Shown: in pieces, positions 25,658 through 33,979 of the stretch | How positions within the stretch are numbered: the first letter of the stretch is position 1 | Layout of the letters: the number at the start of each line of letters is the position of its first letter | NCBI GenBank assembly: GCA_964515035.1 | Contig: CAZEUO010000001.1 | Span: 24,464 to 77,641 of the forward strand | Direction: 5' to 3' | DNA length: 53,178 nt | From: an uncultured Planctomycetales bacterium | GTDB lineage: Bacteria; Omnitrophota; Gorgyraeia; Zapsychrales; CAZBRU01 | Made by a program: the position numbers and the translations under genes | The notes under the pieces: generated by a model | What the model saw: the letters and a program-made list of their open reading frames with translations, nothing else | Told to the model about the DNA's origin: nothing | Databases searched by the model: none

Positions 25658-25891
25658 ATGCCCTACGACAAATCACTCGATGTGGAAACGTTCAAAGAAG
25701 CGAAAGATTTCGGCGATAGCCGGATAACGATCGGCGTATTTTCCTACAACGGAGGGACTAAAAAACTTCAGGTGTCCCGCGAAAACAAAAATCAGTCAGA
25801 AGAATGGCAATTTGTCAAGTTGGGCCGATTGACAAAAGAAGAAGCGCAAGAAATTCTTCCCTTGATGCAAAAAGCTGTCGAGGCGATGTAA
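25658..25891 (+). CDS. Small hypothetical protein, possibly PC4/YdbC-like
   Basis: GGAG RBS, 77 aa. Loose resemblance to YdbC-type ssDNA-binding proteins (FSYNGGTKKLQVSRE...WQFVKLGRLTKEEAQEI). Confidence 0.35.
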   Translation: MPYDKSLDVETFKEAKDFGDSRITIGVFSYNGGTKKLQVSRENKNQSEEWQFVKLGRLTKEEAQEILPLMQKAVEAM

Positions 25892-25898
25892 GATTGTA

Positions 25899-26154
25899 GC
25901 GGCCTCGACTCCAACCTAAAGGATTATTTGGTTCGCCCGCCCTGGCCGCTATATATTGGCGGGCCGGGGACGCGTCTCGCCTTTGGCGGGACGTGCTCAC
26001 CACTACATCGAGGCGTCGAACTCGTTCGACGGGCTCACGACTCCTTCGGCGAACGATCCTAAGCTTGCCGAAGGGCACCTTAGGCGAACGACGAGCGTTA
26101 GCGAGGAGGGAGCCGAGGGGTTACCACAAAGAGGCCGCGGACGTAAGTCCGCGG
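25899..26154. other. GC-rich, multi-hairpin intergenic element (candidate cis-regulatory leader or ncRNA)
   Basis: Closing helix gcggcctc (25899-25906) / gaggccgc (26131-26138). Internal hairpins at 25935-25964, 25972-25993, 26014-26031 and 26043-26074. 3' hairpin ccgcggac-gtaa-gtccgcgg (26135-26154). ORFs run on both strands with no coding signal. Confidence 0.4.
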
Positions 26155-26162
26155 ATATTTAG

Positions 26163-28214
26163 TTGAAGCAAGACCAAATCATAGAACTATCGCCGGAATT
26201 AATTTCCGACCTACGCCGCTTTTTTGCCCGATATTCCGATATCATTGCTTTTGCATTGATCGCCATTGTCGGTACGGCGGCGTACATAAAAAGCTTTTAT
26301 GCCGATTTTCAATTTGACGACTACGCTTCAATCGTTGACAATTCGCTCATGAAACGTTTGGATTTTTCCGTTTTGTGGGGAAATTATCGGGAGCGGTTTT
26401 TGACAAATTTGACGTTTGTATTAAAGTATTTATCGAGCGGACTGAACGTCTTTGGCTGGCATTTTGTCAATAATCTGATCCATATCGTTGCGTCCTTCGT
26501 TGTCTATCTTTTAACGCGGACGACCCTGCAAACCCCTCGGCTTAATAATCAATGGGATACCCAAGCGCAATTTGTCGTTGCGTTATCAACGGCGCTGATG
26601 TTTCTCGTCCATCCTCTCCAAACCCAGGCTGTCACCTATATCGTACAGAGGGCAACGTCGTTATCCGGTCTTTTTTATTTAGCGACGGTTTATTTTTATG
26701 CTCAAGGAAGGCTGCATAACCGGCGCCGTGAATATTTTCTGGCGGCAATGATGTGTATGCTTGGAATATTCACAAAACCGACGGTCATTACGTTGCCGCT
26801 GACAATTATTTTGTACGATGTGGTATTTTTCAAAGTTGACCCAAAGGCCAAATTTGAAAAATTATTATCATGGATATTTTTTACCTTTGCTGTTGCGCTG
26901 ATTCCGTTAGCATTGGTGGGCAAGAATTTATTGACTCAAGAGGCGTTTGAAGGTTTTCAGCAAACGTCCATGGGCCACTATGCGTTAACCCAGTTGAATG
27001 TGGTGGCCTCTTACCTGAGATTATTCATTTTTCCATTCGGCCAAAACCTTGATTATGATTTTCCCATTGCCGAAAACATTCTTCAATTTCCGACAAGCCT
27101 TTCGCTGGTCCTGTTATTGGGGCTGGTTTATCTCGCCTTGCGGTTTATGAAAAATCAACGCTATATCACTTTCGGAATATTCTGGTTCTTCATAACTCTT
27201 GGGCCGCAATCGAGTATTTTTGCCCTCCGGGATGTGATTGTGGAACATCGGGTTTATCTGGCGTATTACGGGCTTTGCCTGATTGCGTGCATCATTCTTT
27301 ACCGCACCATCAAATCATTTCGCATCTATCTGGGCCTGATGGTGTTGTTGATAGGAACGCTGGCTGTGATGACCTATCAAAGAAACGCCCTTTGGAGCGA
27401 TGCGACCCGTTTTATGGAAGACGTCGTCGTCAAATCCCCTCAAAAGGCCAGGCCGCACAACAATCTCGGCTTTTTTTATTTCCGGGAAGGGAGACTCATG
27501 GAAGCCGAATCCGAATACAAAAAGGCCATTCAATCGGATCCGGGGTACACGATTGCCTACCACAATCTGGCAACGGTTTATTTTGAATCAGGGCAAATTC
27601 AAAAGGCTCGACGGATTTTTGAGCAGCTGGTTGAGCAATTTCCGGGGTATGCGGACCCGCATGTCGGGCTAGCCAATATCCTCCTCGATTTAGGCGACAT
27701 TGCAAAGGCCAAGGAATTTTATCAAAAGGCCGTTAAAGCCAATCCTTTTAGTTCTGCAGCCTATGTGGGATTGGGGAATTGTTCTCAAAAAGAGGGTGAT
27801 TTGGTCAGTGCCGTATCAAGTTTTCAAAAGGCTATTTGGCTCAATCCTGACAGCGCTTCGGCTTACTATAATCTTGGCAATGTTTATTATCGTCAGAGCC
27901 AGCTTTATCCCGCGTTAACAAGTTATCAAAAGGCGGTTAAATTACGCCCAGAATTTGCGAATGCTTACAACAACCTGGGTAATATTTATTTCCACTTTTA
28001 CGACTATGACAAGGCTTTGGAGCAGTTTCGTCTGGCTATCCGTCTGGATCCCAACCTTGCGGAAGGGTATTTGAATTTGGCTAATACCTTGCATGAGGTC
28101 GGTTACATCGCGACCGCCCGCGCTTATGCCCAGGTTGCACTTCAACTCTATCAAAATCAGGGGCAAGCGGTTATTGCGCAAAAGATTGAAAAACAACTTT
28201 TTTCCAAAAAATAG
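26163..28214 (+). CDS. TMTC-like GT-C-fold membrane glycosyltransferase with C-terminal TPR array (paralog 1)
   Basis: TTG start. Polytopic N-terminal ~420 aa with FQFDDYASIVDN, HPLQTQAVTYIVQR, FTKPTVITLP, FPFGQNLDYDFP and VEHRVYL. About 7 TPRs at the C-terminus (AYHNLATVY, AYYNLGNVY, AYNNLGNIY). Confidence 0.8.
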   Translation: MKQDQIIELSPELISDLRRFFARYSDIIAFALIAIVGTAAYIKSFYADFQFDDYASIVDNSLMKRLDFSVLWGNYRERFLTNLTFVLKYLSSGLNVFGWHFVNNLIHIVASFVVYLLTRTTLQTPRLNNQWDTQAQFVVALSTALMFLVHPLQTQAVTYIVQRATSLSGLFYLATVYFYAQGRLHNRRREYFLAAMMCMLGIFTKPTVITLPLTIILYDVVFFKVDPKAKFEKLLSWIFFTFAVALIPLALVGKNLLTQEAFEGFQQTSMGHYALTQLNVVASYLRLFIFPFGQNLDYDFPIAENILQFPTSLSLVLLLGLVYLALRFMKNQRYITFGIFWFFITLGPQSSIFALRDVIVEHRVYLAYYGLCLIACIILYRTIKSFRIYLGLMVLLIGTLAVMTYQRNALWSDATRFMEDVVVKSPQKARPHNNLGFFYFREGRLMEAESEYKKAIQSDPGYTIAYHNLATVYFESGQIQKARRIFEQLVEQFPGYADPHVGLANILLDLGDIAKAKEFYQKAVKANPFSSAAYVGLGNCSQKEGDLVSAVSSFQKAIWLNPDSASAYYNLGNVYYRQSQLYPALTSYQKAVKLRPEFANAYNNLGNIYFHFYDYDKALEQFRLAIRLDPNLAEGYLNLANTLHEVGYIATARAYAQVALQLYQNQGQAVIAQKIEKQLFSKK

Positions 28215-28216
28215 TT

Positions 28217-30241
28217 ATGCAGAATCAAAAGAAGATTTTCTTTCTTTTTGGGCTTCCCTTCGTAGGGGGGCTCCTTGTCTGGGTTATCTACGGCCAGGGT
28301 GCCCAAGCCCCATTTATTTTTGACGATTATTTGACGATCGTCGAGAATCCCGCCATTAAAAGCCTCAACAACCTCCCGTGGATTTGGAAAATTGACCCCT
28401 CGCGATTTCTGACGTACTTCAGCTTTGCGGTCAATTTTGCTGTCGGCGGATTGCAAACGTCAGGCTATCACGTCGTGAATTTTATTTTGCACGCCTTAAA
28501 CGGGGGAATGTTATTTGTTTTTTTGCGGTTGATATTACCGGGATTATTGAAACATGGCGCATCGATTCGGGATATTAACTTAACGGCCGCCCTAATCACA
28601 TTATTATTTTTATGCCACCCGGTCCAAACCCAAGCGGTTATTTACACGTCCGAGCGATCGACGTTATTTGAAGTATTCTTTTATTTGGGCACGCTCATTT
28701 GTTACATCCAATCTGTCCTTAAAAATCATAAAGGGTTTTATGGGGCAGCGATCTGTTTAGCCTTAATCGGGTCGTTGACCAAGCCGAATTTTATCACCTT
28801 GCCTTTTGCACTCATTCTCTGTGAGATATTTCTTTTTGATTTAACCTGGAGCCGCTTTAAAAAAAGAATTCCGCGTCTTTTGCCGTTTTTTCTTGTCCTG
28901 TTACTTATCCCGGCACTTCTCGTTCTCTGGAAATACAAGGCGTTTTCGATTGATCAGATATGGGGTATTACACGCGAAACGACGAAATTGACTCGCATGG
29001 AATATCTTTTGACGCAGTTCAATGTTGTCATAACCTATTTTCGACTTCTGGTCTTTCCGGTCAACCAGAATCTGGATTATGATTTTCCGATTGCCAAGAA
29101 TTTCTTCAGTTATCCGACGGGTTTGTCTTTTACGGCCTTGATTTTTATATTTATTTTTGCGGTAAAAATATTTAAACGCAATAAGGCCGTTTCATTCGGC
29201 ATCCTGTGGTTTTTTATTACCATCAGTATCGAGTCGAGCGTTTTTCCCATTTCCGATGTTATTTTCGAACACCGGCTATACCTGCCGATGGTAGGGATGA
29301 TGCTGGCGGCCTGTATATTTTTAAGACGCCTCATTCGTTTTGAAAATTACTTTATCATCGTTATGGCGGGTGTCATTGCCGTTTTAACTGTTATGAGTTT
29401 TCAGCGTGTTGTGGTTTGGAAAAGCAGGATCGGGATGCTGTCGGATATCGCTAAAAAATCCCCTCAAAAACCCCGTGCACACAACAACCTTGCCAGTGCT
29501 TTCCACGATGCAAACCGCCTGCAGGAGGCTGAGGAAGAATACCGCAAGGCGATTGCTTTAGATCCCAAATATGCTCACCCGCGTAATAATTTAAGTAACA
29601 TTTATTGGCTGCGCGGTGAAACCCAAAAGGCGATTGAGGAGTTAAAGGAGGCTATCCGCTTAGATCCGGATTATGAAGCCCCTCATTACAATTTGGGGAA
29701 TATTTATATTCAACAAGGCGATTTAAAAAATGCAGAAGAGAATTACCGCAAGGCCCTGGCCTTGAAACCGTCTTTGGCCCTTGGCTATCTGGGGCTGGGG
29801 AATCTTTCATTAAAAAAAGCGGATACGGCGTCGGCAAGGTTTTACTTTTCCGAAGCCCTCAGGCTGGATCCGAATTTAGGATATGCGCATTACGGCTTGG
29901 GCGATATTTATTTGAACGAAGAAATGTTTGACCTGGCTTTTGAAGAATACCGAAAGGCAGCCGAAAAAAATCCGACAATCATATCCGCTTATAATAATAT
30001 GGGCAATATCCTGGATATGTTTGGGAAGCGTAAAGAGGCCGTCATGATTTACCAAAAAGCGATCAACGTTGATCCATCCTACGCCAACGCTTACCTGAAT
30101 CTGGCCAATACCTTAAGAAAGATGGGCCGCTTTGAAGAGTCGGCCAAGTATTTAAAAACTGCAAAAAATCTTTATCGCAGGCAGAAAAACAAGCCCATGA
30201 ATGATGTGGCCCAACAGCGGCTCCAAAGTTTGTTACGGTAA
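28217..30241 (+). CDS. TMTC-like GT-C-fold membrane glycosyltransferase with C-terminal TPR array (paralog 2)
   Basis: Starts 2 nt after paralog 1. Motifs FIFDDYLTIVEN, HPVQTQAVIYTSER, LTKPNFITLP, FPVNQNLDYDFP and FEHRLYLP. About 7 TPRs. Confidence 0.8.
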   Translation: MQNQKKIFFLFGLPFVGGLLVWVIYGQGAQAPFIFDDYLTIVENPAIKSLNNLPWIWKIDPSRFLTYFSFAVNFAVGGLQTSGYHVVNFILHALNGGMLFVFLRLILPGLLKHGASIRDINLTAALITLLFLCHPVQTQAVIYTSERSTLFEVFFYLGTLICYIQSVLKNHKGFYGAAICLALIGSLTKPNFITLPFALILCEIFLFDLTWSRFKKRIPRLLPFFLVLLLIPALLVLWKYKAFSIDQIWGITRETTKLTRMEYLLTQFNVVITYFRLLVFPVNQNLDYDFPIAKNFFSYPTGLSFTALIFIFIFAVKIFKRNKAVSFGILWFFITISIESSVFPISDVIFEHRLYLPMVGMMLAACIFLRRLIRFENYFIIVMAGVIAVLTVMSFQRVVVWKSRIGMLSDIAKKSPQKPRAHNNLASAFHDANRLQEAEEEYRKAIALDPKYAHPRNNLSNIYWLRGETQKAIEELKEAIRLDPDYEAPHYNLGNIYIQQGDLKNAEENYRKALALKPSLALGYLGLGNLSLKKADTASARFYFSEALRLDPNLGYAHYGLGDIYLNEEMFDLAFEEYRKAAEKNPTIISAYNNMGNILDMFGKRKEAVMIYQKAINVDPSYANAYLNLANTLRKMGRFEESAKYLKTAKNLYRRQKNKPMNDVAQQRLQSLLR

Positions 30242-30327
30242 TATTTTCGATACCCTCTAGCCAAAAAAATGTTATATGTTACAATACAAAAAATTAAACG
30301 TTAAGCGGTGTTAAGGAGTATCAATCG

Positions 30328-30804
30328 ATGTCGCAGGAAGTGTATTTAACGAAGGCCGGTTTTGAAAAGTTAAGAGAAGAGCTTGAACGGCTTAAAACCA
30401 CCGAGCGTCGGAAAATTGCCAAAGCGATCGGAGAGGCTCGCTTGCAGGGGGATATCTCTGAAAACGCCGAATACGATGCCGCCAAGGATGCCCAGGCCCA
30501 TTGCGAGGTCAGGATCTCCGAATTGGAAACAAAACTGTCCCGCGTTCGGATTATTGAGAATGAAAATATTCCCTCTGACAAAGTTTTTATCGGCGCGATT
30601 GTGACGTTAAAGGATTTGGACTCAAAGGAAACGCTTGAGTATACGATGGTCTCCCCGGAAGAAGCGGATTATGAGGAAAATAAGATTTCGATTTTCTCAC
30701 CCGTTGGCAAGGCCTTGATGGGCAAGGCCAAGGGGGAAGAAGTGGTGATTATCGTTCCGGCCGGGACACTGCGCTACAAGGTCGAAAAGATTAAACGGCC
30801 GTAA
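30328..30804 (+). CDS. greA: Transcription elongation factor GreA
   Basis: 158 aa. LTKAGFEKLREELERLK...IGEARLQGDISENAEYDAAKDAQ forms the coiled-coil tip with conserved acidic residues. C-terminal FKBP-like domain. Confidence 0.92.
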   Translation: MSQEVYLTKAGFEKLREELERLKTTERRKIAKAIGEARLQGDISENAEYDAAKDAQAHCEVRISELETKLSRVRIIENENIPSDKVFIGAIVTLKDLDSKETLEYTMVSPEEADYEENKISIFSPVGKALMGKAKGEEVVIIVPAGTLRYKVEKIKRP

Positions 30805-30833
30805 GAATTTTAAAACAAAAGAAGAGTCATGAG

Positions 30834-30855
30834 ACGGCCTCAAAGGCCGTTTTCT
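30834..30855. terminator. Bidirectional intrinsic terminator between convergent genes
   Basis: acggcct-caa-aggccgt followed by ttttc on the + strand. The - strand side is followed by tcttcttttgtttt. The hairpin straddles the stop codon of the - strand gene. Confidence 0.6.
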
Positions 30856-32213
30856 CTTTTATGTAATAAGTTTTCCCCAAGCGAGCCTAGGACCCACCAG
30901 GTGACAACAGGCAGGAGGGAAAACAAAATCCGGTTTAGGGTGACGGACAGCCACCAGCTGATTTCAAAATATGTATTCAGCCAGTAGTAACAGGCCACGA
31001 CCGCCAGGTACAAAAATAGAAATGCCGGAATAATACCCCAGGACTTTTTAAAGCAAGATCCCTTTGTGAGCAATAATCCCGTCAAAAACAGAATCCATAG
31101 GCCGCTCCATTTTTCCGTGATCGGCTCAATGAGATAAAATCCTAAAATCATTTTAAGCCTTAAAAGATTGGATGGGTGCGCGGCGCCGGCCAACCCGTTA
31201 ATAAATGTCTGGTTGGCCGGCGCGTACTGCAGTTGAAAAATAATCGTCGGCAATGACGCAATCACAAGCCCTACAAAAAAACTTCGAATAAAAATCCATC
31301 TCAAATGGCGTGGAACCGAAGGGTATGTGACGATATGAACAGAAAAAATTGCGGCAATGATGACTGAGGCAACTAGTCCTTCGGGTTTTGAAAACCCTAA
31401 AAATCCCAGAAAAATACCGCCAAGAACCACCGGCGTATTTGCGTTTTTCTTAAGTCCGGTGACCAGGCACAATAATCCGGCGGTTAAATAATACGCTAAC
31501 ACAATGTCGCAATATTGGCTGGTTGCCAGCGTAATAAAAAACGGCAAAGTCCCGATGAGAAACGTTCCCAAGCTTGCCATCAATAGGCTTTTCGTGAATG
31601 ATTTAATTCCGCAAAATACCAATCCCCCCGTCAAAAATGTGAAAATCAATGCATTCAAGAGGGGAATAAAATAAGTCGGATTTTTACTAAAAATCCACCC
31701 CCAGACATTGAGGAGAGGTAGAAGCAAAGGATAATGCGGGCTGTAACGCCAGAGGATGGGATCCAGCATATTTTTCCAGTCACTTCCTCCCAAAATCAAA
31801 AATCTGGATTTTAAGTTCCAGCAGGACCAGGCATCCCATCCGCCGAAAGGATAATGATTCGCGTATTGCCAAATTGGGTATAGCGTTGCGATCAACAACG
31901 CCGCCGCAAACAATTTTTTTAAAGAAATTTCTGGTAAGCGGTATTTTTGAATTTTTTGAATTTCAAGCCGGGGACGACAAATCAAAAACAATATGAAAAT
32001 GAATATCAGGTGGACTGTAATGATAAAAGGCCCGTGAATTTTTCCAAATAAAGGCAGGCTCAAAAAACCAATGCAGGCGCTGATTCCCAACCCCAGGCCT
32101 CCGGCCAGAAAAAAGGACAAGCCTGCGGAAAACTGATTTTCTTTTGTGCCTAAAGCTTTCAGCAGGAGAATTCCGGTTGTCAGTGAAAGGATGTATGCAA
32201 TAAGATATGTCAT
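30840..32213 (-). CDS. Polytopic membrane protein, GT-C-like (ArnT/PMT-type) glycosyltransferase candidate
   Basis: 457 aa with about 12 TM helices. A loop carries YPFGGWDAWSCWNLKSRFL and SPHYPLLLPLL, motifs I associate with phospholipid-carrier-dependent glycosyltransferases. The assignment is from memory only. Confidence 0.5.
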   Translation of the reverse strand: MTYLIAYILSLTTGILLLKALGTKENQFSAGLSFFLAGGLGLGISACIGFLSLPLFGKIHGPFIITVHLIFIFILFLICRPRLEIQKIQKYRLPEISLKKLFAAALLIATLYPIWQYANHYPFGGWDAWSCWNLKSRFLILGGSDWKNMLDPILWRYSPHYPLLLPLLNVWGWIFSKNPTYFIPLLNALIFTFLTGGLVFCGIKSFTKSLLMASLGTFLIGTLPFFITLATSQYCDIVLAYYLTAGLLCLVTGLKKNANTPVVLGGIFLGFLGFSKPEGLVASVIIAAIFSVHIVTYPSVPRHLRWIFIRSFFVGLVIASLPTIIFQLQYAPANQTFINGLAGAAHPSNLLRLKMILGFYLIEPITEKWSGLWILFLTGLLLTKGSCFKKSWGIIPAFLFLYLAVVACYYWLNTYFEISWWLSVTLNRILFSLLPVVTWWVLGSLGENLLHKRENGL

Positions 32214-32641
32214 TTTGCTTTAACGGCCAAAATGAGGCCCCCGTTTTTCTTTAAAGGAACAGCGCCGATGGATTTGATTTTCAAAAGAGCTTTCTTTTCG
32301 TCGGAAAAATCCAGAAGAATATACGCGTGGCTGGCGTTATTAAAATCCAGAATGACCGGAGAGAGGATGTATTGCGCTTGGGCGAATTGAGCGGTGTTTT
32401 GCTTGTCGTTAAGGTCTTTGTCGGTTAGGTAGCCAACGCGTGTTGCACTATTTAAGGTATCTGCGAGGCCGAGGAACTGGAACCCTGAGAAATAAAACGG
32501 TGTTTCTGTCCGTTTTTTCTGAATCTTGTAGGCCTCAGAAGAAAGGCTGGCCGTATTGAAAGCAATTACAGCGGCCATGAGGCCAAAAAATAGGCGGACG
32601 GGATTAAAAAATTTTTTAAATAAAACAAACTTTTTTGCCAT
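32210..32641 (-). CDS. Membrane-anchored hypothetical protein
   Basis: 143 aa with one N-terminal TM helix. 4-nt overlap with the downstream GT-C-like gene. No motif recognised and the RBS is weak. Confidence 0.45.
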   Translation of the reverse strand: MAKKFVLFKKFFNPVRLFFGLMAAVIAFNTASLSSEAYKIQKKRTETPFYFSGFQFLGLADTLNSATRVGYLTDKDLNDKQNTAQFAQAQYILSPVILDFNNASHAYILLDFSDEKKALLKIKSIGAVPLKKNGGLILAVKAK

Positions 32642-32705
32642 AGGAAAAGTATTACGCCCATTCTACCGTGATTGAGCTCGCAATGCAATTTAAAACCTGA
32701 CTAAC

Positions 32706-32891
32706 TGACCCCTCAGGGCAGCTTTTCCTATCGGGGGTCACCCTGAGCGAGCCCGAAGGGCGAGTCGAAGGGTCTTCTCACTCCCAACAGAACCCTTCGA
32801 CGCGCTCCTCCCTTTGGTCGTCGCTTGCTCAGGGTTGTGGTTTGACTTGAAAGGTTCTAATGAAGAGCGAGTGAAGCGAGTCAAACCACAA
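32706..32891. repeat. GC-rich composite inverted-repeat element in a divergent intergenic region
   Basis: tgacccc/ggggtca (32706-32712 / 32734-32740). accctgagc/gctcagggt (32740-32748 / 32827-32835) encloses gtcgaagggt/acccttcgac (32764-32773 / 32792-32801). ttgtggtttgact/agtcaaaccacaa (32835-32847 / 32879-32891). Confidence 0.55.
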
Positions 32892-32952
32892 AATTCTTCA
32901 TCTCTTTGACGGAATATCGTATATAATAAGAAAAAATTGGAAGGGGAGTAAA

Positions 32953-33969
32953 ATGGTCACAATTGGCGTTATCGGTTGCGGGCACTGGGGGCCGAATCAC
33001 ATCAGGATTTTCTCAAACCAGCCTCAAGCCAAGGTTGTCGCGTGCGCGGATGCCAGTGAAGACAGGTTAAAGGCCGTTAAAAACCTTTATCCCTCGGTTG
33101 CGGCCACCAAAGATTATAAAGAATTGTTAAAAAACCCCGATGTAGAGGCAGTTTGTATTGCCACACCCACCAATACGCATTTTGCGATTGCCAAAGAAGC
33201 TCTTGAAAATAATAAGCATGTTCTCTGTGAAAAACCTCTGGCGTTAAAGACAGAGGAATGCCAAGAGCTCAAAGATTTGGCGGCAAAAAAGAAGAAAGTC
33301 CTGATTGTTGGCCACATCTTTGTTTTTAATGCCGGCATTATCCGTTTAAAGGAGTATATTCAAAAAGGCGAGCTGGGGACCGTTCATTATGCCCATTCGG
33401 AAAGAACGAACCTCGGACCTTTTCGTTATGACGTCAATGCCCTTTGGGATTTAGCGCCCCATGATATTTCGATATTCAATTTTCTCTTCGACAGTTGTCC
33501 GGTCGGTGTTTCGGCACGCGGCCAGAAATGTCTGGGAACATCACAAGAGGATTTGGGGTTTGTCACTCTGGATTATCCCGGCAACATCCTGATTAATATT
33601 CATGTCAGCTGGTTGGATCCCAAAAAAGTCCGGCAGATTACGGTTGTCGGCGATAAAAAGATGATGATCTGGGATGATCTGGATAACGTCGGGCCGCTGA
33701 AGCTTTACGACAAACATGTGGAGCGGACCGCAACATTTTACGAAACCTACGGCGAGTTTCAGCTGTTGTCGAAAGAGGGAAGTATTACAATTCCAAAGAT
33801 CGATGTTTCCGAGCCGCTCAAGGCTCAAAACCAATATTTTATTGAATGCATCATCAAAAAAACGTCGCCTGTCTTAGTCGACGCCCAAAAGGGTTTGGAT
33901 GTCGTTAAAACACTGTGCGCCATCCAGGAATCGGTTGACAATCAGGGCCGCTATATCGCAATCCGTTAA
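32953..33969 (+). CDS. Gfo/Idh/MocA-family NAD-dependent sugar-nucleotide oxidoreductase (WbpB-like)
   Basis: GGGGAG RBS. IGVIGCGHWGPNH Rossmann motif and the EKPLA motif (VLCEKPLALK). Adjacent to an LbH N-acetyltransferase. Confidence 0.8.
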   Translation: MVTIGVIGCGHWGPNHIRIFSNQPQAKVVACADASEDRLKAVKNLYPSVAATKDYKELLKNPDVEAVCIATPTNTHFAIAKEALENNKHVLCEKPLALKTEECQELKDLAAKKKKVLIVGHIFVFNAGIIRLKEYIQKGELGTVHYAHSERTNLGPFRYDVNALWDLAPHDISIFNFLFDSCPVGVSARGQKCLGTSQEDLGFVTLDYPGNILINIHVSWLDPKKVRQITVVGDKKMMIWDDLDNVGPLKLYDKHVERTATFYETYGEFQLLSKEGSITIPKIDVSEPLKAQNQYFIECIIKKTSPVLVDAQKGLDVVKTLCAIQESVDNQGRYIAIR

Positions 33970-33979
33970 AGAACCTCTC

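Noticed and set aside
25972-26105. Possible (permuted) tmRNA. The region contains gttcgacggg (like the conserved tmRNA 5' UUCGACGGG), an ...ctcACCA at 25996-26002 followed 7 nt later by gaggcgtcg, and gcg aac gac gag (A-N-D-E, like the start of many SsrA tags). A long-range helix joins the element's ends, as in two-piece tmRNA precursors.
   Set aside because: The 7 nt before ACCA (cgtgctc) do not pair with the putative 5' strand (gaggcgu). The hairpin preceding them has a CCUUUGG/UUU loop rather than a GGUUCGAnnCC T-arm. The tag frame stops after 5 codons (ANDER*) with no hydrophobic ...LAA-type end, and the element is too short (~260 nt). A covariance-model scan (tmRNA models, ARAGORN) would settle it.
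25815-26162. ORF-track entries 25815..26078 (-) and 25956..26162 (+) as protein genes.
   Set aside because: They overlap each other on opposite strands inside a GC-rich, hairpin-dense region. They are Arg/Pro/Gly/Ala-rich translations with no RBS, which is typical of spurious ORFs in GC-rich noncoding DNA.
32906-32928. TTGACG ... TATAAT as the promoter of the 32953 operon.
   Set aside because: The spacer between the two hexamers is only 10 nt, incompatible with a sigma70-type promoter. A weaker alternative (TTCATC-17-TATATA) is not convincing enough to report.
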